Shown here: positions 27,089 to 36,367 of the stretch, piece by piece | How positions within the stretch are numbered: position 1 is the stretch's first letter | How the letters are laid out: each line of letters begins with the position of its first letter | Assembly (NCBI RefSeq): GCF_003019255.1 | Contig: NZ_CP027846.1 | Location: 2,402,965 to 2,442,964, forward strand | Source of the DNA: Staphylococcus kloosii | GTDB taxonomy: Bacteria; Bacillota; Bacilli; Staphylococcales; Staphylococcaceae | Length of the DNA stretch: 40,000 bases | Direction of reading: 5' to 3' | The notes under the pieces: generated by a model | The model's database searches: none | Seen by the model: only the letters and a program-made list of their open reading frames with translations | Told to the model about the DNA's origin: nothing | Translations under genes and position numbers: made by a program

Positions 27089-27772
27089 ATGAAATCTACT
27101 GATAAATTAACACGTGAAAATAATGTTAAATCGTTACGCTTAAATAATACAGATAGAGAAATCTTTGAAAACTATATGACTTATGTCAGAGCTGATTTAA
27201 GTGTAAATCCACATGATTCAGAAAAAATGTTGAATCGTATCTTAAAACAATTGCTCAACGCCGAAGAACGTGGCATACATGCTATGGATTTCTTTGATCA
27301 CGACCCGAAAAGTCATGCCAAAAGAGAATTAAAAGCCCTACCTAACGAAACGATAATCAATATTTTTAAATATATCGTCGAACATTTCATTTTATTTGTA
27401 GGTATCTTTTGCTTTTTAAAAGGGTTTATTGGTTTCTTTATTGGTGCTAAAAACATTTATTTATATACATTCCCTATTATTTTAATCATCGGCATTTTTA
27501 TTGTGTTTTTATTTATTTGGATGATTTTCAAAGCAATACAAATGCAATGTTTCAGTAGATCTCAACTCAGTTGGTTAATAACTTATTTCGTTATTATTGT
27601 GCTTATATGTACGTTATTTTATGTGTTCTTTATGCCTCAATCTTATTTATCATTTGGACCCCATATATTTATCGGCAATTGGACGTTTATTATCATATCT
27701 TTAATTATCATACCGATATCATTATATATTGATCATCATTATTCAAATAAAAACGCCGATACAACTTTATAA
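27089..27772 (+). CDS. DUF1129 family membrane protein
   Basis: 227 aa. A soluble N-terminal helical region (LT.EN...L......E..E.Y...R..L) is followed by 4-5 TM helices, as in DUF1129/COG4858 proteins. Confidence 0.7.
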   Translation: MKSTDKLTRENNVKSLRLNNTDREIFENYMTYVRADLSVNPHDSEKMLNRILKQLLNAEERGIHAMDFFDHDPKSHAKRELKALPNETIINIFKYIVEHFILFVGIFCFLKGFIGFFIGAKNIYLYTFPIILIIGIFIVFLFIWMIFKAIQMQCFSRSQLSWLITYFVIIVLICTLFYVFFMPQSYLSFGPHIFIGNWTFIIISLIIIPISLYIDHHYSNKNADTTL

Positions 27773-27810
27773 AAAAACAGAGGCTCAACGAAGAGTCTCT
27801 GTTTTTTATT
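27771..27810. terminator. Bidirectional terminator (DUF1129 gene / MFS gene)
   Basis: ACAGAGGCTC (27777-27786) pairs with GAGTCTCTGT (27793-27802, one G-U). It is flanked by an A-run and a T-run. Confidence 0.88.
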
Positions 27811-28971
27811 TTATGCTGTTTGCTGATCTTTTTTCTCAACTTGGATGCTAATTATTAAGAAGACAAGTCCGATAAGTGTTAATATAGGGGCTATTAAGCT
27901 TAAAGAAGCAACTGGTAATTGTGTTACCACTACGCCTCCTAAAAATGCTCCTAAGGCATTACCTAAGTTAAAGGCTGATTGATTTAACGTACTTGCAAGT
28001 GTCGGAGCGTCTTGTGAAATCAATGTACTCTTAAATTGTAATGATGGACTCATACTAAATCCAATTAAGCCAAAGAAGAAGACGCCGGCTACCATTAAGA
28101 AACCGTTCATTTGTACGAAATACAATAGTATAAAGTACAAAATAAATGTTACAAAGATAATTTTTAATGCTTTATTTAAATTCCAATCTGCTAATTTGCC
28201 CCCAATAATATTACCAAGTGTTACACCCACACCAAAAATTATTAATATATAAGAAATTAAATTTTCAGCTACATGTGATACATCTATTAAAACTGAGGAA
28301 ATGTAAGTGAAATAAGCAAACACACTACTAAATCCAAATAGTGTAACTGCTAATGTTAGCCATAAGCGTTTTTCTTTCAATATCTTAAGTTCATTAAGTA
28401 CTGATGCGTCATTATTAGGTTTTGTTTTAGGTACGAAAAAGATAATACCTATAAACGCACAAACACCAATTATTGCGATTACAACAAAGGTCATTTGCCA
28501 TCCAAAGTTTTGTCCAATTAACGTGCCAAATGGTACACCTAAAATATTACTTAGGCTTAAGCCCATAAACATTAACGCCATCGCGCTTGCTCTATATGCT
28601 GGTTTAACCATACTTGCAGCTAATATTGAACCTATCCCGAAAAATGAACCGTGAGCTAATGACGTTATAATTCTACTTGTTAGCATAACCCCATAAGTTG
28701 GACTTAACGATGCTGCAATGTTACCGAAAACAAATATTGCCATTAACACGAGTAACAGCATTTTACGATTCCATTTAATTGTAAGCATCACTAATATTGG
28801 TCCACCAATCGCAACACCTAACGCATATCCAGTAATTAATTGCCCTGCTTGGCTTACAGAAACGCCAAAATCTCTAGCTACGTTTGGTAATAGACCCATG
28901 ATTACGAATTCTGTCATACCTATCGCAAAAGCGCCAATTGCCAACATCCATATTGCTATTGGATATTTCAT
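27811..28971 (-). CDS. MFS transporter (DHA1, YdhP/Cmr-like efflux family)
   Basis: 386 aa, 12 TM, with an N-terminus AIGAFAIGMTEFVIMGLLP.VA.DFGVS...AG.LI.GYALGVAIGGP typical of this subfamily. Confidence 0.8.
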   Translation of the reverse strand: MKYPIAIWMLAIGAFAIGMTEFVIMGLLPNVARDFGVSVSQAGQLITGYALGVAIGGPILVMLTIKWNRKMLLLVLMAIFVFGNIAASLSPTYGVMLTSRIITSLAHGSFFGIGSILAASMVKPAYRASAMALMFMGLSLSNILGVPFGTLIGQNFGWQMTFVVIAIIGVCAFIGIIFFVPKTKPNNDASVLNELKILKEKRLWLTLAVTLFGFSSVFAYFTYISSVLIDVSHVAENLISYILIIFGVGVTLGNIIGGKLADWNLNKALKIIFVTFILYFILLYFVQMNGFLMVAGVFFFGLIGFSMSPSLQFKSTLISQDAPTLASTLNQSAFNLGNALGAFLGGVVVTQLPVASLSLIAPILTLIGLVFLIISIQVEKKDQQTA

Positions 28972-29011
28972 TTGCAGTACCTCCTATTTCGTTTTTTTGC
29001 ACATGAATGAG

Positions 29012-29041
29012 ATTATACTAAAAACTAAGCTTAAGTAACAA
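29012..29041 (-). promoter_or_regulatory. SigA-type promoter of the MFS gene
   Basis: On the minus strand: TTGTTA (29041-29036), an 18-nt spacer, then TATAAT (29017-29012). This is about 40 nt upstream of the ATG. Confidence 0.55.
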
Positions 29042-29111
29042 GTGCATTGCTTAAATATTTTCATAAATTTTTATTTTAATTTTCTGATGTTATATAAAAT
29101 GCCGGATAAAT

Positions 29112-29152
29112 TAAAAAGTAGCCAAAACCATAATAAGGTTTGACTACTTTTA
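29112..29152 (-). terminator. Rho-independent terminator after the DUF456 gene
   Basis: The imperfect hairpin AAAAGTAGCCAAAACC / GGTTTGACTACTTTT has one bulge and flanking A/T runs. Confidence 0.7.
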
Positions 29153-29160
29153 CTATCATA

Positions 29161-29643
29161 TTAAATTATCACTTCAATGAAAAACCAGATTACCATAATA
29201 ATCATGATTATCGCCTGCGCGATGGAACTAGCTAAAAAGGCAATAACCGACCCGAAACTAGCACTTAACGCTTGTTTAAAGTTAGATTCTAATATTAATT
29301 CAACTACAAGTACTGCAATAAACGGAATAATGATAATACCAAATGGTGGAAATACAAAACAACCAACTAGTACTCCGATTAATGCAACATATTCGCTTAT
29401 TTTAGAACCGCCAAATTTATTAACAAAGTATTTATTCATAATAAAATCTGCAACTAAAATAAATATTGTAAATAACAACATCGAAACATAGAATACCCAA
29501 GAAAGATGGCTATTATGAATACCAAATTGATAAATTAGAAAACCTACCCATAACATAAGTACTGACGGGATTATTGGCTTAATTAATCCTATAAATGCTA
29601 ATGCAAAAGCTATGATAATCAATAACCATATTAAAACTGACAT
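29161..29643 (-). CDS. DUF456 family membrane protein
   Basis: 160 aa, 4 TM, with an N-terminal ...GLIKPIIPSVLMLWVGFLIY pattern characteristic of DUF456. Confidence 0.7.
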   Translation of the reverse strand: MSVLIWLLIIIAFALAFIGLIKPIIPSVLMLWVGFLIYQFGIHNSHLSWVFYVSMLLFTIFILVADFIMNKYFVNKFGGSKISEYVALIGVLVGCFVFPPFGIIIIPFIAVLVVELILESNFKQALSASFGSVIAFLASSIAQAIIMIIMVIWFFIEVII

Positions 29644-29648
29644 ACTAT

Positions 29649-30857
29649 CTACTCCGTAACTTCTTCTGTATATTTGTGATCTTTAGTAAAGAATATTAGC
29701 ACCATACCGATAAATAACGATATAGCTGAAACATAGAATACATTGCCTAAACCTACCCAATGACTCATAGCCCCACCTAATAAATTACCACACAATTGAC
29801 CTATTACCATCGCATTTGCGAACAATGTAGATGCATAACCAGGGAATGCAGGTAAGATATCTTGAAAGTAACTAATACCTAATCCTAATAAAATAGCTAA
29901 GAAGATAGCCAAGAACACTTGCCCTACTAACATCATTGCTACACTATCAAAAAAGCCGATACTTAGGAAAAACAAGCCGCCAAAAAGTCCGCCAGACATC
30001 AACAGAGTTCTTGTTTGTAACTTGGCAGATAAAACGCCTAAGACTACCATAAACGGTACTTCTAAACCTGCACACAAACTAGCTAAATACCCTACATATC
30101 GTTCACTTTCTCCTAAATATTTCGTTACAAATAAAGGCATATTCAATGTATACATCCATTGCCCTATATGTAATAAAATAAAAGCTAAAAATGGCACAAT
30201 TAATGATTTATCTCTAAGCATGTTTGGCGCTGCCGCTTCTACATAATTCGTATCCGTAGTTTTAGGTGCTGATTTAATATCTCTAAAGAAAAGCACCTGT
30301 AATATTAAAGTGAATAAAATAATGCCTACTGTGCCACCAAATAATCCTGAATATCCTTTTAGCGCTAATAAACCATTACCAATTAATGGACCAAATAAAA
30401 AGCCGAATGAAAACATTGATCGTAATACTGCATTGGCAAACTTCGCTCTATCTTTTGAAGTGGATGCATTGATGGATTCTCTTGCAGAAGCATACATTTG
30501 TGGCATCGCAGGTGCAAATAAACCTTGGAAGATTGCGTACATTGCAATAAAAATCCAAATTTCTCTAATATAGAAATAAATACTAAAACTCATAGCACCC
30601 ATAAAGAGCGCTGCAATAATTAAAAATTTACGATTAATATTTTTCGTATCTGAAAAGCGCGCAACTATGGAATTAACAGTAAATTGACTAATAGCTGCTA
30701 ATGCCAATAACAGCCCATATTGCGTCGTCGTCATGCCTAAATCATTTGTCGCAAAAAGTACGAGATAAGGGAGAGTGATTGCAATGCCCATACCTAGCAA
30801 CATCATATTGAATACAAATAATTTATAGTTTTTTATATGTAACAACTGTATAAACAT
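29649..30857 (-). CDS. MFS transporter (sugar-efflux/Set-like family)
   Basis: 402 aa, 12 TM. It sits 26 nt downstream of a LysR gene and 5 nt upstream of the DUF456 gene, so the three probably form one operon. Confidence 0.7.
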   Translation of the reverse strand: MFIQLLHIKNYKLFVFNMMLLGMGIAITLPYLVLFATNDLGMTTTQYGLLLALAAISQFTVNSIVARFSDTKNINRKFLIIAALFMGAMSFSIYFYIREIWIFIAMYAIFQGLFAPAMPQMYASARESINASTSKDRAKFANAVLRSMFSFGFLFGPLIGNGLLALKGYSGLFGGTVGIILFTLILQVLFFRDIKSAPKTTDTNYVEAAAPNMLRDKSLIVPFLAFILLHIGQWMYTLNMPLFVTKYLGESERYVGYLASLCAGLEVPFMVVLGVLSAKLQTRTLLMSGGLFGGLFFLSIGFFDSVAMMLVGQVFLAIFLAILLGLGISYFQDILPAFPGYASTLFANAMVIGQLCGNLLGGAMSHWVGLGNVFYVSAISLFIGMVLIFFTKDHKYTEEVTE

Positions 30858-30883
30858 TTATTTACCCTCAATCCTATTTAGCT

Positions 30884-31738
30884 TTATTTAACGTATTCCA
30901 TCACCAAATTAATAAACGATTCTACTTGTGGCAGTTGTATCATACTCGCATCATAACTTAAATATGTTGAACGAATTAAAGGCTGTGAGTCTATATCGAC
31001 ACGTTTAAAATCAAATTGTTCTTTATCCATATTTTTCATCATAATTTCAGGTAAAATTGTAACTCCTACACCATTTAGCAGCATTTCTTTACAAGTTGCA
31101 ACTTGATCGACCGTAATCATAGCATGATAGTCTTGGCCTAAGTGGTTGTTATACCATTCTTTAATTTGATTTATGTATACTGGGTCGGCTTGAAATTCAA
31201 TGAATGGAAGTTTATTAACTTCATCACGTCTATGATGTGGATGAATAAAATAATGTTCATCATTAAATAAATGTGTATTATTTAAGTTCATTAATTTATT
31301 TCCTCTAATAATCATTACGTGATAATCTCTATGGTTGGCCTTAATTTGCTCACTTGAACCGACTTGCACTTGTATTTCAACGTTTGGAAATTGACGTGTA
31401 TATAAGTTAAGTACTTCTGGTAATAATGTTTGTCCAATTAGAGACGAACAACCTATTGATATAGTACCGTTGACCTCGCCTATGTGTGCTTGCATTTTAT
31501 CTAAAAATAATCTTTCTTTTTTCAACATTTCTTTGGCATGTTCAATAATCATTGAACCTTCTGTCGTTGTGATTAATTGCTTTTTTGTACGTATAAAAAT
31601 ATCTACACCAAAAGCATTTTCTATTGCCTTTAATCTTTGTGTCACAGCTGGTTGAGAAATATATAATATTTCAGCAGCTTTTCTTAACGTTTTAGTTTCA
31701 TCTAAAGTCGTAATTAAACGATAATCGTCAATCTTCAT
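30884..31738 (-). CDS. LysR family transcriptional regulator
   Basis: 284 aa with an N-terminal HTH (TLRKAAEILYISQPAVTQRLKAIE) and a LysR substrate-binding domain. GGGGG RBS. Confidence 0.9.
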   Translation of the reverse strand: MKIDDYRLITTLDETKTLRKAAEILYISQPAVTQRLKAIENAFGVDIFIRTKKQLITTTEGSMIIEHAKEMLKKERLFLDKMQAHIGEVNGTISIGCSSLIGQTLLPEVLNLYTRQFPNVEIQVQVGSSEQIKANHRDYHVMIIRGNKLMNLNNTHLFNDEHYFIHPHHRRDEVNKLPFIEFQADPVYINQIKEWYNNHLGQDYHAMITVDQVATCKEMLLNGVGVTILPEIMMKNMDKEQFDFKRVDIDSQPLIRSTYLSYDASMIQLPQVESFINLVMEYVK

Positions 31739-31956
31739 AATAACCCCCTAAAGCTTTTCTATATAAGTTTTATTCTTCTTTAGATGATGTGTATTAATTA
31801 GTTTTTAGTTAATTAATTACGTTAGCATTATTAAAATTTATTTATAATTTTTAATAACTAAACTTTAAATACTTACTAACGATATATTAACAATTTAAAA
31901 AAATGCACAATTCATTCTTCATGCGTTCATATGATTACTGGTTGTGAAGCACTAAT

Positions 31957-32580
31957 CTAGCTCTCAAGATGTTTATTTTCTTTATGCCGTGGGTGCTTTT
32001 TATGCTGGGGTTTCACTTTATTAAACTTGTTTGATTTATGTGTAGGCGTTTTATGTTTAATTTTGTGGAAACAGTACATAATTTTTTCTTGCATTTGAGG
32101 GAAATCTTTATCAATTTTAATCATTAATTGATGTGCAATAACATATGCCTCATGATATTGCTGTCTTGTTATTTGACTTTGTTCTAGCGCACGCTGTAAA
32201 TCTTCTTCATCGACTAATTCATACTCACCGTTCGGCAATACTAAAACGTCTAAAAATAAATCTAATGTTCTTGCATTACCTTTTTGCGTAATATTTTTAA
32301 TATTAATATCAAAATAATATTCTAGCGGATTTCCTTCGCTATCAATCATAACGGTGATACTATAACGCTTTTTTTCCGGTAGTATTTGTAACCACTGATA
32401 ATTATCGTCTGCTACCGTAATTTTTTGACCGACTACCGAAACTTCGAGTGGTTCACGCACCTTTTTCATAGTAACTAAGCCAATAATACCTTTAAATTTA
32501 TTATTATTAACTTTTACTTCTACATATTCTCTATCTACGATTCGACGCCAGTGACGTTTATCGATATATTTTACTTTCAC
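31957..32580 (-). CDS. DUF402 domain protein (FomD/Ntdp-like nucleoside di/triphosphatase fold) with a basic His/Lys-rich C-terminal tail
   Basis: It has the DUF402 core (..YYFDINI......DL.LDV.V.P.G.....DE.EL). The start is ambiguous. I prefer the GTG at 32580 (AAGGAG 9 nt upstream) over the RBS-less ATGs at 32634 and 32622. Confidence 0.7.
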   Translation of the reverse strand: MKVKYIDKRHWRRIVDREYVEVKVNNNKFKGIIGLVTMKKVREPLEVSVVGQKITVADDNYQWLQILPEKKRYSITVMIDSEGNPLEYYFDINIKNITQKGNARTLDLFLDVLVLPNGEYELVDEEDLQRALEQSQITRQQYHEAYVIAHQLMIKIDKDFPQMQEKIMYCFHKIKHKTPTHKSNKFNKVKPQHKKHPRHKENKHLES

Positions 32581-32704
32581 TGTCACCAACTCCTTGCTCT
32601 TATTATATAAAACTGATTTCATAATGTCATCCATAGTATGAATTAATTGAACGCCAAATTTTAATTGTAACTATTGTACTATATTTCATAGTAATAAAGC
32701 TAAA

Positions 32705-32733
32705 TTGACAACCTCTGGCTATTTTGTTAAATT
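32705..32733 (+). promoter_or_regulatory. SigA-type promoter of the MetE-like gene
   Basis: TTGACA (32705-32710), a 17-nt spacer, then TAAATT (32728-32733). This is about 45 nt upstream of the ATG. Confidence 0.55.
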
Positions 32734-32780
32734 GAAGTATATTTTCAGAAAATTCTATACAACTATTGGGGGAAAGATGA

Positions 32781-33890
32781 ATGACAGTATTACAACGACC
32801 ATTTCGCGCTGACCATGTCGGCAGTTTGCTAAGACCAGAAAGATTAAAAGAAGCGAGAACACAATTTCAAAATAATGAAATTTCAGCTGCTGATTTGCAA
32901 AAAGTAGAAGATGAAGAGATTGTACGCATCATAGAAAAACAACTAGAAGTAGGTTTACATAGTATTACTGATGGTGAATTCAGAAGAAGTTGGTGGCATT
33001 TCGATTTCTTAGAAAATTTAGACGGCGTTCAGGGCTACACTCCAGAACACGGATTGTCATTCGAAGGCGTGGAAACACGTAGTCATAATGTACGTATCAC
33101 AGACAAAGTAAGTTTCAATCCAAACCATCCTCATTTTGAACATTTCAAATTTTTATACGATAAAGTTGGAGACCGCGGCATAGCAAAAGTATCTATTCCA
33201 AGTCCTAATCAATTGTTCCATCCAAATATTTTAAACGAAGATCTTTACCCAGATATTAAAGACTTTGCACATGATGTGGCACAAGCTTATCACGAGTCAT
33301 TGCAAAAATTTTATGATTTAGGCGCTCGCTATATCCAGTTAGACGATGTTTATTGGGCTAATTTAACTTCTGGCACTCAAAAAACACGTGGACGTGACCG
33401 TTCTGAAGAAGAAAAGGAACGTGCTAGACAATTAGCATATGCAGTTATTAATGAAGCAATTCAAGGTTTGCCAGAAGATTTATTAATTACAACACATATT
33501 TGTCGTGGTAATTATAAATCTACTTGGGCCATCTCCGGTGGTTATGAACCTATAGCACCTTATCTATTTAAAGAGAAATTAGGTGGTTTTTTCCTAGAAT
33601 ATGATGATGACCGTTCAGGTGATTTTGAACCGTTGCGTTATTTCCCAGAAAATCGTGCTGCCGTATTAGGCTTATTTACTTCTAAAAGTGGTGAGTTAGA
33701 AAATAAAGAAACAATTCTAGCACGTATTGAAGAAGCTAAAAATTATATTAGTGAAGATCAAATATGTTTAAGTCCTCAATGTGGTTTTGCTTCGACTGAA
33801 GAAGGAAACAAATTGACTGAAGAAGAACAATGGAAAAAATTAGCTTATGTCGTAGAAATTGCTAACGACGTTTTTAATACATCAAAATAA
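32781..33890 (+). CDS. Cobalamin-independent methionine synthase family protein (MetE C-terminal-like, YxjG/YxjH type)
   Basis: 369 aa. The pattern FRADHVGSLLRP..L......DGE.RR..W..DF...HICRGN....LSPQCGF resembles the short MetE-like methyltransferases. Confidence 0.85.
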   Translation: MTVLQRPFRADHVGSLLRPERLKEARTQFQNNEISAADLQKVEDEEIVRIIEKQLEVGLHSITDGEFRRSWWHFDFLENLDGVQGYTPEHGLSFEGVETRSHNVRITDKVSFNPNHPHFEHFKFLYDKVGDRGIAKVSIPSPNQLFHPNILNEDLYPDIKDFAHDVAQAYHESLQKFYDLGARYIQLDDVYWANLTSGTQKTRGRDRSEEEKERARQLAYAVINEAIQGLPEDLLITTHICRGNYKSTWAISGGYEPIAPYLFKEKLGGFFLEYDDDRSGDFEPLRYFPENRAAVLGLFTSKSGELENKETILARIEEAKNYISEDQICLSPQCGFASTEEGNKLTEEEQWKKLAYVVEIANDVFNTSK

Positions 33891-33911
33891 GTGCTTTGTT
33901 CTATGATGATA

Positions 33912-33958
33912 ATAAAAAACAGCTTCTCAACTTTAAATTGTTGAGAAGCTGTTTTGCT
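33912..33958. terminator. Bidirectional terminator (MetE-like gene / cupin gene)
   Basis: AACAGCTTCTCAAC (33918-33931) pairs with GTTGAGAAGCTGTT (33940-33953) in a perfect 14-bp stem with A/T-run flanks. Confidence 0.92.
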
Positions 33959-33964
33959 TATTTA

Positions 33965-34447
33965 TTATTTTTCTGCCAAAGCATAACGTTCTATAACGTC
34001 GTTTAAATGTGGGTACAATTGTTTTAATTCAGCTTGAGTAAACATTTCGAAGTGATTAAAATCAAATGCTGGTTGACACATACACCCTACTAAAGCGTAT
34101 CCTTCCTCGTTAGCAATCGATGACGCAAATATCGTACCTTTAGGCACGACATATTGCAATACATCGCCTTCGTCTGTATTCTTACCCAACCTTATACATT
34201 TATATTGACCATCAGGATCAATCATATGCACTAATAACGTGTGTCCCTCATGATGGTACCATATTTCATCGGCGTCTATGCGATGGAAATGCGATATATT
34301 GTCATGAGATAATAAGAAGTAAATACTAGAATATGGCGCGCGTGTTGAGCCTAAACTATCACCAGTAATTATCTCTCTATAATAACCACCTTCAGGATGT
34401 GGTGTTAAGCTCAATTGTTCAATCCAATGCGCAATATTTTGAGTCAT
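33965..34447 (-). CDS. Cupin domain protein (DUF985/cupin_5)
   Basis: 160 aa. L..HPEGGYYRE...SSIYFLL......FHR...DE.W..H.G is the DUF985 signature. Its start overlaps the yebC-like stop (TAATG). Confidence 0.8.
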   Translation of the reverse strand: MTQNIAHWIEQLSLTPHPEGGYYREIITGDSLGSTRAPYSSIYFLLSHDNISHFHRIDADEIWYHHEGHTLLVHMIDPDGQYKCIRLGKNTDEGDVLQYVVPKGTIFASSIANEEGYALVGCMCQPAFDFNHFEMFTQAELKQLYPHLNDVIERYALAEK

Positions 34448-35163
34448 TAATTTAACTCCACATTATGGAAGACATTTTGTACATCCTCTAAGTCTTCTAG
34501 AGCATCAATTAGTTTTTCAAACACTTCTTGATCCTCAGCAGATAATTCGACGTCACTTTGTGGTAACATTTCGAATTCTGCTACTTTAAATTCTTCTACA
34601 CCATATTCTTTTAAAGCATCTTGCACTTGTGCAAATTGCTCTGGTTCAGCGTAAACAATTGTTAAATCTTCTTCTTCAACAACGTCTCGTACATCGATAT
34701 CTTGTTCCATTAGTTGCTCTAAAATATCATCTGCAGCATAACCTTCGAAGCCAAATACTGCCGTATGGTCGAACATATACGCTACAGAACCAGACACGCC
34801 CATATTACCACCATTTTTACCAAAAGCGGCTCTTACGTCTGAGGCTGTTCTATTTACATTATTTGTTAAAGCATCAACAATAATCATTGAACCACTAGGA
34901 CCAAATCCTTCATATCTTAAGTGGTCGTAGTTTTCTTCTCCTGCACCTTTAGCCTTTTCAATCGCTTTTTCAATGATATGGTTTGGCACAGAATACGTTT
35001 TGGCTCTTTCTAGAGTTAAGCGTAAAGTTTGATTTGATTCTGGATCAGGTTCTCCTGATTTTGCAGCAACATAAATTTCTTTACCGAATTTCGCATAAAT
35101 ACGACTCGTATTTTTATCTTTTTGGGCTTTTTTCTCTTTAATATTATTCCATTTACGACCCAT
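34447..35163 (-). CDS. YebC/PmpR family DNA-binding transcriptional regulator
   Basis: 238 aa with [12 protein letters not shown]..... and the rest of the YebC signature. Confidence 0.92.
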   Translation of the reverse strand: MGRKWNNIKEKKAQKDKNTSRIYAKFGKEIYVAAKSGEPDPESNQTLRLTLERAKTYSVPNHIIEKAIEKAKGAGEENYDHLRYEGFGPSGSMIIVDALTNNVNRTASDVRAAFGKNGGNMGVSGSVAYMFDHTAVFGFEGYAADDILEQLMEQDIDVRDVVEEEDLTIVYAEPEQFAQVQDALKEYGVEEFKVAEFEMLPQSDVELSAEDQEVFEKLIDALEDLEDVQNVFHNVELN

Positions 35164-35283
35164 AATTTCATCTCACTTTCTTAATCCTCAAATTGTAACA
35201 TTTATATTATAGCGTAAATCACGCTTATTATATAGTTGAAAAGCTATAAACTTTGTATTTATATACCCACTAATTATTTAAAC

Positions 35284-35329
35284 ATAAAAAAGACGAGTAT
35301 GTCGTTAGTGAACAACAAAACTCGTCTCT
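35284..35329 (-). terminator. Rho-independent terminator after the BI-1 gene
   Basis: AGACGAG (35291-35297) pairs with CTCGTCT (35321-35327), with a U-run on the minus strand. The loop is long. Confidence 0.6.
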
Positions 35330-35358
35330 TCTATATAAATATTTGATTTACTTACATA

Positions 35359-36018
35359 TTATTTTCTGTTCAAGCGTACGGCTAAGTTTAACACGTATTT
35401 AATAATGTGTAGTAAGTTAATAAATAAGTTGAAGCCCATTTCTCTAGGTGAGAATTTACCACGCTTCATACGGTTAAAATCGTATAGTGTATATAGTAAG
35501 AATAAGAATAAACCAACGATTGTAATAATTGTATGGAATATTGGATTATGAATAAACATTCCTACAATACCTGCAATAACTAATGCTATTAACGTTACGA
35601 ATAAATATTTACCCATACTAGAGGCATCACCTATTAAGAAATAACCGATAAGTCCAAAAATGATAAATGCAGCTATTGCTAAGATAACGTTTTTGTAGAA
35701 TACCTCTTCACCTAAATTTTGTAAGTAACTAGTAAATGTGGCATATGCCAACAAACCAACTACAACAGTATAAATATGAGATATTATTAAACCTGACTTA
35801 CGCGCTCGATTAGTAAATAAGGTAACTAATACTAGCACTAATAGTGCAATAGATAACGGTTTACGCCAAGACATAGGTAAAAATTGTCCAAAATAACAAC
35901 CGATACCAAAGATTATCCAATAATATACAAAGAATAACCATACTTTACCGTATGCTTTTGCTTGGTCTTTATTTTTCTTCATATTATAATTCTTTGTTTG
36001 TTGCGATGCTTCCGCCAT
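35359..36018 (-). CDS. Bax inhibitor-1/YccA (YetJ-like) family membrane protein
   Basis: 7 TM, with the C-terminal LYTLYD...M motif region. The start was taken at the ATG at 36018 (MAEASQQ), downstream of AGGTAGGGAAG. Confidence 0.8.
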   Translation of the reverse strand: MAEASQQTKNYNMKKNKDQAKAYGKVWLFFVYYWIIFGIGCYFGQFLPMSWRKPLSIALLVLVLVTLFTNRARKSGLIISHIYTVVVGLLAYATFTSYLQNLGEEVFYKNVILAIAAFIIFGLIGYFLIGDASSMGKYLFVTLIALVIAGIVGMFIHNPIFHTIITIVGLFLFLLYTLYDFNRMKRGKFSPREMGFNLFINLLHIIKYVLNLAVRLNRK

Positions 36019-36235
36019 GTTCTTCCCTACCTTTATACATATTATTGTTTCTAAATTAACATATATATAAAGTAACACATAATAATAGATGTGTATTTAA
36101 ATCTTCAATATTTTGTATTACTTAATATTACAAATTTTAAAATTATTAATCCCACTACAATGTAAAATGTCTTATAAAAGGCGCAAAAAGGCACAGTCGA
36201 ACATTTTGGTAATTTTACACTCATATATTGCTAAT

Positions 36236-36252
36236 ATTACAAGTTTATAACA
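36236..36252 (-). promoter_or_regulatory. WalR (YycF) consensus box upstream of the LysM/CHAP gene
   Basis: Plus-strand ATTACA-AGTTT-ATAACA equals minus-strand TGTTAT-N5-TGTAAT, a perfect match to TGTWAH-N5-TGTWAH. It ends 3 nt upstream of the poor -35 position of a TGnTAGTAT extended -10 (36276-36284). Confidence 0.5.
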
Positions 36253-36367
36253 TCATACATAAACAACTATTTTTCTGTTAGTATGGTTTGTGAATTAACA
36301 ATATATGGACGTTCTATGAACAATTTAAATTTACATACATTCATAGAGACATTGAGGAGGAGTAATT

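Noticed and set aside
31795-31830. ATTAATTAG-N-TTAATTAAT dyad upstream of the LysR gene as a T-N11-A autoregulatory site
   Set aside because: The apparent symmetry comes from the self-complementary TTAATTAA low-complexity sequence. It is not distinguishable from background.
35263-35283. GTTTAA ... GGGTAT (both hexamers perfect SigB consensus, minus strand) upstream of the yebC-like gene
   Set aside because: The spacer is only 9 nt against the required 12-15, so it cannot function as a SigB promoter as written.
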